Positions 54,562 through 64,000 of a stretch of 64,000 nt of DNA are shown here, piece by piece. The DNA is from Balanoglossus misakiensis (taxonomy: Eukaryota > Animalia > Hemichordata). The notes under the pieces are model-generated. The model searched no databases. It was not told where the DNA came from and saw only the letters and a program-made list of their open reading frames with translations. The stretch spans positions 9,103,625-9,167,624 of the forward strand of contig CM082579.2 of the NCBI GenBank assembly GCA_040954595.2, given 5' to 3'. Each line of letters begins with the position of its first letter. Positions within the stretch are counted from its first letter, which is position 1. Both the position numbers and the translations under genes were made by a program.

Positions 54562-57500
54562 CGAAATTACCCTGCATTATGCAAAGCAAGAATCGACAAC
54601 GCAGCAGTGCCAGCACAAAATGTTACCTTGCCCGCCCGTCGATTATCAGACCTCTCTGAATAAACGCGCTCAGTAGGACACCCAGCAGGGTCACGATCAC
54701 GCCCTGTCACGCATGCATGATGAGCAGCCGCTGACCAAAATCTGTCGACGTCATTATTTCGGGTGAGGACAACATCCGCGTCATCCTGCAGCATATACTC
54801 TGGTTATTTCCCTCCTGCTAGCTGCTGCGAATCTCCATTCAGGTTTGAGTAAAACTGCCTTGTAGTCTGAAAGGTACGAGAAATTTGTTTACATTCATCA
54901 TTCGTTCAAGTATTACATTACAATGTACATGGCAAACCAGCATTTTCTCTTTTGGGACATACCAACACCACCGACTGCTGCCCTGCGCTTTGACGGATAG
55001 CAGTTTTTTTTGTGCTCCCAGCAATGCGGAATTATACATAAAACCTGTCGAATTTCGTAGCCTCAGCGTTAAGTATAATTTGCATAATTAGTAATCGACG
55101 CTAAATGGAATGCTTTCGGGTTATACCTGCAGATGCGTAACACCACACCTGTTTGTGGCTTGAAAAATGCTGTTTTTCACATGCATAGTTTTTAATTCGA
55201 GATATTCCGCCATGATTGTCGTTATGCAGGCGGCATCTCCACACCCCGCCTCTCTTTTCGCACTTACCCTTCGACTTCAGTATTCCACTCTATGCTGGGC
55301 CAATTTCTACCGCCTTTTTTTCTCAGTCTATTTAGTATTTGCATGCATTTTCTGCATTCCCACCTTTATTCGCCATCCTTCTCGGCTACACTCGTATCTG
55401 TGCCGTGAGTGTAGTTCAAAACAGACCGCTTTTGGCCTTTGTACGGCGAAGGATATTAGTGTATTTGTTGTGTGCGTACAGAGTACAATCGAAGGATTTT
55501 CTTGGAGCTGATCAGTCGAATGTTGTAGCCTCGGCGTTAAGTACAATTTGCATAATTCGCGGTCGCCGCTAAATGGAAAGTTTTCCGAACAGCTGCACCA
55601 AACTTGTGACTTAGCAAAACATCTTGAATGATACAATAACATGAATGCCCTGGCTCTATCATTGGTATGGCCCACAATATTTGTCTTCAGCAATTAAGTC
55701 ACATCTCAAGACTCTCTGCACTAAATGTCCCTGAACTTTGGCTACATTAATGTTCAATTATACTTAAATTTGAAAGGTATTGTAGGCCTATATATATTTA
55801 CTAATTCGCACTTTTCGTAAATCTTGGCAATTAAGCCACGCATGAATGTGTACCGAAGCTAATGACCGTTAAACACACATTCATTAATTTCAATTATATT
55901 ATAGGTGTAATTATAGGCATGTGATGGCCATTATAACACATTTACATATTTAATGGATTGGTTGCGTTCTCATGTGGTTGGAATGTATTGAATACTTCAG
56001 AACAGAAAAATCATGTCATAAAAATACCGTACCGCACAAGGAAAAGACTGGTTTTAATCAGATTGCCTTTTACCACATATCCGTCGTTTCCCAGTTTGTC
56101 GTTTTTTAAATCCGCATCCATTCAAGAAAGTGGGAGGGGGGGGGGGAGAGATGGCAGGTGCGAAATAATCTGGCATATTGGAATATCACATCCATATAGG
56201 CAGATAATCCAATAAACAGATGTCGTTGGAGGAATATTGACAGAATGTATCGTTTTAAAACTGTTGCGTAAGAGTTGTACTGAACTTGGTAATCAGTGTA
56301 TCCATAATTCCCCTCAAATAGCTGGAATCTGGTATTTAATCTATTCATTGTTCTAATATCCTTTACATCAATAAGAGAAACTCGTCGCCGGAAATGGCCT
56401 TGCTACAGAAACAAAAGTTGAAAGTCGAGCGAGCTTTGATGAAAGGGCTTTGACACCGACAGAATCAAACGTCGACCCGCGTGGCGTCACGAGAAAGTAA
56501 ACCTCCTTTAGGGGTGACTAATCAATTCCAAGACAAACACATTCTCTACTTTGTGATGTTAAAACTATGCATACCAAAAGACCCTTTTTTCAGGTTGACG
56601 TCGTGGGTACTGGAAGCCGGACAAGAAAAGACATCTTTTTCAGGGGCGGGTGGTGTATTGTGAAAGGCGCTTAACAAGTATAGAAGGCCGGAGATGTGGG
56701 CAAAGAAGACCAAGATACACGTGATTGAGATGTGTGATGAAGATGGCATAGTGGAGAAGAAGGAACCGCTGGACGATGAGACCATTCCCAACCACGGCCG
56801 CGGCAAAAACACCATCGGGACGACGCTCGAGGAAGACCCGAAGGGCGTCGGAGCGAGACCGAAGGGATGCGCCGGCGTGCTCTTCTCTGGGTTTGCCGAC
56901 GATGTGGGCATCTCCGGTGTCAAGTTTGTCGTGGGGAAGTCCGTGGTGCCACTGAGAAGGCAAGTAGCTTTGTGTATGAACCGGTCAACGTGAGATTTAA
57001 TAGCCCCCCCCCCCCCACGTGGGGTCGTTACAGGCACCCTGTCGGGGTTTGTCGATTTGTCCGTCGGCAAGTTGTTTGAAAACAATGCTGTGGGACATTC
57101 AAGTGCCCCTTGATATTCAAACGACGAAAATATCATCGAATTCCTTGTATTAACTAGATCACCAATTCAAAATTGCCTTGGGTAAAGAAACCTAATGTAG
57201 AAAACGCATTAACTTATGGGAGTTTCTTGGAAAATTATGCGTGCTGGTGTGATCTGTCCGTCGCAGAGGTTGTTTTGCAAATTCATTGATAATACACATC
57301 CTGCAATTATTGAGATATTTTATAAAAAGGGTTCGCCATCACATTCTACTTCTCATCAAGAAGTGAATCATACAATTTACGATAAGTTAAAAGCGTCAAC
57401 GATTATGAGTTTCAGAAATGACAAATATTCTTAAACTGTGATTAGAAAACGGATAATTCGTCACGATCACGGGACCGAAAATTTAACAGCCTTCTTATAT

Positions 57501-58548
57501 CGATTTTTGCAATTGTCCCCGGTTGTCATGTTAATAATCGAGTTTCTCAAGGTTCTGGACTAAGATTTGAGGTGGTACCAGTAAAATAGGCTATTTTCGG
57601 ACCAAGTACTTATACGTACTGTAATTTTTTTCTCCGTCACTTATTTATATGTTCACTTGTACTCATTTTCTGTGTCTTGCTTTTTTCTGATTTCCAATCA
57701 GGAGCCATTAGAGATTGATATCTCCGTGCCTTGCTCGACGGGATTATCGGACGCACGGTTGAATCTTCACTTGTAGATTTAGCGTTGACGGTCAAAACAG
57801 AAATTAGTTTATCCGAATAGCTTCCGTTTCGTTCAACTGTTCCCGCCATTGCATCAAGCCTATGTATAACTTTCCTCGGGTTTTCATTTCCATGAATATA
57901 TACAAAGCATTTTTTCTCTTACGCCATCGTTTGTTAAGAATAAACTGACACCCTGGTCTAGCTACTCTATACGACACAGGTTTTTTTTTTTTTGGTAGAC
58001 GGGAATTCTTGTGTTCGGCATGAATAATGTGTAACGACCATTGATTGACCACGATTCTATGAAAAAAGTAAAAATATGTCAAAAATAAAATATTCCAAAT
58101 TATGTCAAAAATAGGCAGATGTTTTATCACCAAACGACGATGAGAAAAACACAATAGTATCAAACTGAAAGAGTAATTTTTTTCTATTATTAATTCAGAA
58201 TCCTTTGGCTGATGGTACTACTGAGTGGAACCTCGGTGATGTCATACCAGATTTGGGAGAGGTTATCTTATTATCTGTCATTTCCATTCAACGTCAACGT
58301 CGAAGTGGATTACGTCGATCGTCTGACGTTTCCAGCGGTTGCTATTTGCAACTATAGTCCATGGGCCAGGACCCGATTTTTCATGAATTGGTATCAGAAA
58401 GATGGACAAAGCCTCATGTGGTTTTTTGGAAAGGCCTATATCTCTAGATTATAAATTGGGGTGATAGCCCTGCCTATCGAGTAGCTTTCTGCATTTTTTC
58501 CCTCAAAAACTAATGTAAGAACATAAAAATTTCCGACCCAAATTTTGG

Positions 58549-59640
58549 GGGTAGGGGAACTTTAAATTGCTGTAACTCCAGCAAAACTAAAGCCAGAACA
58601 GTCATTTACCACTCAAATTGTGTGTTTTTTAGAACTCTACCAATATAATATATTTTGGTGGTAATTCGTTTTGAATTGAGGTCAGTAGAGGTCAAAAGGT
58701 CATGAAATTTGGGTCATTCTGAAAATTTGTAGTATGACTATTTCTTGAACAATTTTTTTGAACTTAAGTCTTCAAATGTCATTTACAAGATAAAATACTC
58801 TCCCAGAATCTATTTCAAACCAATAGAAAATCTTATTATTCATTTATGACCAGAAAAACACAAATAAGGAGAAACGACAGAAAGACATCCAATTTTCCAC
58901 TCAGATTTAAGGGTAGGGGAAACTTAAGTTCTTGTAACTCCGGCAAAAATAAACCCAGAACAGTCATCTACCACTCAAATTGTGTGTTTTTAGAACTCTA
59001 CCAATATAATATATTTTGGTGGTAATTCGTTTTGAATTAAGGCCAATAGAGGTCAAAAGGTCATGAAATTTGGGTCATTCTGAACATTTGTAGTATGACT
59101 ATTTCTTGAACGATTTTTTTGAACTTAAGTCTTTAAATGTCATTTAGAAGAAAAAATACTCTCCCAGAATCTATTTCAAACCAATAAAAAAAACCTATTA
59201 TTCAATTACGATCAGAAAAACACAAATACAGAGATGCGGAAGAATGGCACAAGACTTCAGACCCTGATATTGGGGTAGGGGAAACTTAAGTAGTTGTAAC
59301 TCCGGCAAAAATAAAGCCAGAACAGTCATCTACCTCTCAAATTGTGTGGTTTTTTTAGCACTCTAGCGATTGTATATGTATTTGTTGCAATTTTGTTCTG
59401 AATTTAGGTCAAAGAGGTCAAAAGATCACAAGATTTGGGTAATTTCGAAAAATTATGGTACGAACATTTCCCGCATTAATTGTTTAAACCCAAGTCTTCA
59501 AATGTCATTTATGAGATAAAATACTCTATACCATTTTTTTCCGGACCAATTGAAGACCTTATTATTCAATTAAAATCAGAAAAAAAATTAGTAGAGAAAC
59601 GGGATAATAACAAACAATTCCCACGGATTTTGGGGTAGGT
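58549..59640 (+). repeat. ~362-bp tandem repeat x3 inside the left arm
   Basis: GGGTAGG(GG) recurs at 58549, 58911, 59273 and 59633, and the unit bodies align. Confidence 0.9.
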
Positions 59641-59958
59641 TTGGCCATCTAACAGGTAAGTATACACCCAACTGATCATGCACATATGGTGTTTAGGAGA
59701 ACGGATGTGCAGATTTGTGAACCTTTGCATGCTGCTCATGTGCACTGTACTTGTATGATGATTCCTAAGAATACTACGAGAAGGGGCCATTATAGCATTG
59801 TAGCTCTGATTGTGTATTATTGTTGGATACCATCCTACAGTGTACAGGGACAGCAGATGACAAGCCAAGCAAAGGTTCAAAAATCTGCTTATTTTTTTTC
59901 CTCAACACAATATGAGCATGATCTATTTATATTCAGGTCCACTATAATAAATAATAAA

Positions 59959-60540
59959 ATGGCAAGCCCATCTTCTATTCCACACAAGAGGGCTCGACGG
60001 GATTGTTTTCTCGACTGTCATGAATCCGACCATAAAGCAAGCCTCGTTACTCTACAAGATCACGCCTCCTGGATAACTTTGCTGAATACAGCTAACATAC
60101 AAAAATACAAACCAATTCAGGACCTCGCCATTGGTTTGGGCGAAGGTGAAATTCCTCAGGTGCAGTACCATCGGAAATGCCGAAGTCTCTTTACGATGAA
60201 AAAGGCTCTTGAATCTATCCTTTCTAAAGAGCAGTCGTCATCAACTGAGGGAACCAATACACTGGAACGTGAAAAGAGGTCGAGCATACAAGGGTCTCGG
60301 GTGTACGATCATATTTGCCTATTTTGCTCCACCACCAAGTACATGAAGGGAAGTAGGACAAGAGCTCCTTTAGTTCGTTGTCAGCAATTGCGTACGGACA
60401 ACACATTTAGGGAGGCAGCAACAAGAAAAAATGACAGTAAAATTCGAGCACTTCTCAGTCGTGAGTTGGTTGCTGCTGAGGGTCACTATCTTAGAAAGTG
60501 TTATAGGGACTATACAAGGCCTGATATTCAAGCAGCGTAA
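59959..60540 (+). pseudogene. Truncated transposase N-terminus, left arm (193 aa)
   Basis: MASPSSIPHKRARRDCFLDCH...YHRKCRSLFTMKK...CLFC...ELVAAEGHYLRKCYRDYTRPDIQAA-stop; Cys/His-rich. A likely 5'-UTR intron lies at 59656-59936 (CAG|GTAAGT...TTCAG). Confidence 0.7.
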
Positions 60541-61491
60541 GCAGGATTAGAGCAGATGTGGTGATGATACTTTCATGTGATTGTTTTTCTGCTGCAAGAA
60601 GTTCTTTTCTTACAGCATTGTACTTCAGGTCAACAGTACCTTTATCTAGTGATGACGGATATACAAGCACCCTACCATTTACATCATCCAAAAAAATCAA
60701 TGTCCCTTTGAATTCCGTATTTAGCGTATGCTGCAAGTTTTGTTGGTGGAATTGTTAACCTGTTTAACACCAAGTTGGAGCATTTTGGTAACTAACTTGT
60801 TTGATAGATCAGTCAGGGGAACTACCTCAGGGTTTGTGAACAAATCATTTCTGATAAAAGAAAATAACTCTTCTTGAGCAATTTGCAGGACATCCTCATA
60901 ACTAGTATCTTGATCATGTTGACTTTCATCAACCTCCATATGACTTGAACCTGCTCTATGATAGTGACCCTCAGCAGCAACCAACTCACGACTGAGAAGT
61001 GCACGAATTTTACTGTCATTTTTTCTTGTTGCTGCCTCCCTTAATGTGTTGTCCGCACGCAATTGCTGACAACGAACTAAAGGAGCTCTTGTCCTACTTC
61101 CCTTCATGTACTTGGTGGTGGAGCAAAATATGCAAATATGATCGTACACCCGAGACCCTTGTATGCTCGACCTCTTTTCACGTTCCAGTGTATTGGTTCC
61201 CTCAGTTGATGACGACTGCTCTTTAGAAAGGATAGATTCAAGAGCCTTTTTCATCGTAAAGAGACTTCGGCATTTCCGATGGCACTGCACCTGAGGAATT
61301 TCACCTTCGCCCAAACCAATGGCGAGGTCCTGAATTGGTTTGTATTTTTGTATGTTAGCTGTATTCAGCAAAGTTATCCAGAAGGCGTGATCTTGTAGAG
61401 TGACAAGGCTTGCTTTATGGTCGGATTCATGACAGTCGAGAAAACAATCCCGTCGAGCCCTCTTGTGTGGAATAGAAGATGGGTTTGCCAT
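60538..61491 (-). pseudogene. Truncated transposase N-terminus, right arm (longer, one frameshift)
   Basis: ORF 61491-60721 (MANPSS...AEGHYHR-AGSSHMEV...NNSTNK) continues after an apparent 1-nt loss in an A-run near 60740 into LQHTLNTEFKGTLIFL...TTSALIL (ORF 60736-60491 frame), up to the arm junction near 60537. Confidence 0.7.
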
Positions 61492-61810
61492 TTTTATTTA
61501 TTATAGTGGACCTGAATATAAATAGATCATGCTCATATTGTGTTGAGGAAAAAAAAAATAAGCAGATTTTTGAACCTTTGCTTGGCTTGTCATCTGCTGT
61601 GCCTGTACACTGTAGGATGGTATCCAACAATAATACACAATCAGAGCTACAATGCTATAATGGCCCCTTCTCGTAGTATTGTTAGGAATCATCATACAAG
61701 TACAGTGCACATGAGCAGCATGCAAAGGTTCACAAATCTGCACCTCCGTTCTCCTAAACACCATATGTGCATGATCAGTTGGGTGTATACTTACCTGTTA
61801 GATGGCCAAA

Positions 61811-62905
61811 CCTACCCCAAAATCCGTGGGAATTGTTTGTTATTATCCCGTTTCTCTACTAATTTTTTTTTTCTGATTTTAATTGAATAATAAGGTCTTC
61901 AATTGGTCTGAAAAAAATCGTGTAGAGTATTTTATCTCATAAAGTTATTTGAAGACTTGGGTTTAAAAAATTAATGCGGGAAATGTTCGTACCATAATTT
62001 TTCGAAATTACCCAAATCTTGTGATCTTTTGACCTTTTTGACCTAAATTCAAAATAAAATTGCAACAAATACATATACAATCGGTAGAGTGCTAAAAAAA
62101 CCCACACAATTTGAGAGGTAGATGACTGTTCTGGCTTTATTTTTGCCGGAGTTACAACTACTTAAGTTTCCCCTACCCCAATATCAGGGTCTGAAGTCTT
62201 GTGCCATTCTTCTGTATCTCTGTATTTGTGTTTTTCTGATCGTCATTGAATAATAGGTTTTTTTTATTGGTTTGAAATAGATTCTGGGAGAGTATTTTTT
62301 CTTCTAAATGACATTTAAAGACTTAAGTTCAAAAAAATCGTTCAAGAAATAGTCATACTACAAATGTTCAGAATGACCCAAATTTCATGACCTTTTGACC
62401 TCTATTGACCTCAATTCAAAACGAATTACCACTAAAATATATTATATTGGCAGAGTTCTAAAAAACACACAATTTGAGTGGTAGATGACTGTTCTGGGTT
62501 TATTTTTGCCGGAGTTACAAGAACTTAAGTTTCCCCTACCCTTAAATCTGAGTGGAAAATTGGATGTCTTTCTGTCGTTTCTCTTTATTTGTGTTTTTCT
62601 GGTCATAAATGAATAATAAGGTTTTCTATTGGTTTGAAATAGATTCTGGGAGAGTATTTTATCTTGTAAATGACATTTGAAGACTTAAGTTCAAAAAAAT
62701 CGTTCAAGAAATAGTCATACTACAAATTTTCAGAATGACCCAAATTTCATGACCTTTTGACCTCTACTGACCTCAATTCAAAACGAATTACCACCAAAAT
62801 ATATTATATTGGTAGAGTTCTAAAAAACACACAATTTGAGTGGTAAATGACTGTTCTGGCTTTAGTTTTGCTGGAGTTACTGCAATTTAAAGTTCCCCTA
62901 CCCCC
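61811..62905 (-). repeat. ~362-bp tandem repeat x3 inside the right arm (mirror of the left-arm array)
   Basis: CCTACCC recurs at ~61811, 62172, 62535 and 62897. Confidence 0.9.
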
Positions 62906-63165
62906 AAAATTTGGGTCGGAAATTTTTATGTTCTTATATTAGTTTTTGAGGGAAAAAATGCAGAAAGCTACTCGATAGGCAGGGCTATCACCCCAATTCA
63001 TAATCTAGAGATATAGGCCTTTCCAAAAAACCACATGAGGCTTTGTCCATCTTTCTGATACCAAATTCCTGTCTGGCCCATGGACTACTACAACAAGATG
63101 GCGTAAGTATCGATTGGTCCGCCGGTTTTTTTTGCCAGAAGTTGTATTCACGGCGAGTAACGCAA

Positions 63166-63383
63166 CTGTAAAACGGGTTATTTTTGCGTGCAATAAATTT
63201 TAGCGAAATACTCGAGAGCCCGCCAAACAAACCCGCGAAAATAAAATGTCGCGTTAAATGTTTTTTTGAGATAACAATGCAGTTATAGTGAAATACAAAA
63301 AACGCGAAAATTACTCATCGCGCAACAATTGACACTTTTGAAATCGTGAAAATTTCCTGTCGCGAAAATAACACGTTTTACAG
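63166..63383. mobile_element. MITE, same family as 21539-21751
   Basis: CTGTAAAACGGGTTATTTTTGCG ... CGCGAAAATAACACGTTTTACAG-TA. Confidence 0.7.
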
Positions 63384-64000
63384 TATCATTTATTGATGTT
63401 CCAAAAGATAACCTCGGCTATATTAATATCCCGCCTTTTACAAGCAAACTCAGGTCCGCTTAACTTTTTAACTTTATGGCGATAGTCCTAATTTTTTATG
63501 GCGTCACCACAGATCAGAGAGTTCGCGTCTGAGGATGGTCTATGCTTATGTGAACAGATGGACTTGTGCGGACGCCAAATTCCATGTTATGTCTGAACGG
63601 TGAGGGCAGAAACTGGGTTCAGGAAACGCCGGATCTTTCGAAACAGTGTATATGATCCGTGCGTTTGTAATGGTCGCCCCGTATTAGAGACTCTTGCTAA
63701 AGACCCGGCCAAGGTCTATTGCCATATTGTTTACCCATAAACAAGGTGTGAATTACTAGCCGTATAGAAGTGTCCAATATTGATCAATATTTTCTTGTCC
63801 ACCAGGAAAAGCACGACTGATAAATACGGAATCACAGACTTAATATCCGGAATGTACGCCACCTATGCACCTGATTTCGACAAATACCGTGACCGCCTCA
63901 ACCTCACGGCTTCGGAGGAGTTCTACGAAGAGGCAGCGCATGTGCCCGAGGGCATGTTTTTCTTGTAAGTCGAAATTCATTTTCAGTTGGTTCTGGTACA

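Larger units (their letters stand above)
58355..63087. mobile_element. 4.73-kb fold-back DNA transposon (Academ-like) with ~2.1-kb inverted arms and 3-bp TSD CTA
   Basis: Termini TAGTCCATGGGCCAG (58355) and CTGGCCCATGGACTA (63087) are flanked by CTA (58352-58354 and 63088-63090). Arm 58355-~60495 is the near-identical reverse complement of ~60955-63087. Both arms contain the same truncated transposase-like ORF. The element itself is clear; the Academ label rests on recalled features (TAG..CTA ends, 3-bp TSD, long TIRs). Confidence 0.9.
56694..63964 (+). pseudogene. DEG/ENaC (ASIC-like) sodium channel gene, 5' part; exon 2 disrupted by a transposon in this haplotype; continues beyond the window
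   Basis: Exon 1 56694-56959 (GC donor AG|GCAAGT); exon 2 is 58199-58354 plus 63091-63102 after removing the insert and one TSD; exon 3 63806-63964. Reconstructed protein: ...VPLRRILWLMVLL(TM1)...YYLSFPFNVNVEVDYVDRLTFPAVAICNYNKMAKSTTDKYG...FYEEAAH. FPAVxxCNxN is the DEG/ENaC signature. Unspliced, the frame stops at 58454 inside the insert. Confidence 0.85.

Noticed and set aside
59686-59958. First ~90 aa of ORF 59686-60540
   Set aside because: The mirror copy in the right arm is broken by a homopolymer indel, and the region lies mostly within a likely 5'-UTR intron; the real start is probably 59959.
58355-63087. Palindrome as a chimeric fold-back read or assembly artefact
   Set aside because: The TSD, precise restoration of the host exon, asymmetric spacer, arm substitutions and different sub-termini argue for a real insertion. 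Read-level confirmation is still needed.

Overview
Eukaryotic, intron-rich genomic DNA, probably from an invertebrate deuterostome (acorn-worm or amphioxus-like; this is inference from GC3-rich exons, AT-rich introns and gene content). Spliced gene models were rebuilt by hand, checking splice dinucleotides and phases. In order: an orphan 4-exon coiled-coil gene (-, 2-2665); HPF1 with an N-terminal PBZ finger (-); a ClC-3/4/5-type 2Cl-/H+ exchanger (+, 18 coding exons, two alternative N-termini, one U12-type intron); three tandem single-exon ankyrin/SOCS-box genes; a 2-exon 86-aa microprotein absent from the ORF track that resembles the vertebrate SLC35A4 uORF protein/STMP1 family (-); MFSD8/CLN7 (+); and a DEG/ENaC (ASIC-like) channel gene running off the right end. 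Exon 2 of the channel gene is split by a 4.73-kb fold-back DNA transposon (TAG...CTA ends, 3-bp CTA TSD, Academ-like). Its ~2.1-kb inverted arms each carry the 5' part of the transposase, so it could yield a long natural hairpin RNA. Introns and intergenic regions also hold a Helentron-like element with an internal 238-bp satellite and several MITEs. No rRNA, tRNA or CRISPR was seen. Family assignments come from motif recognition, not database searches.
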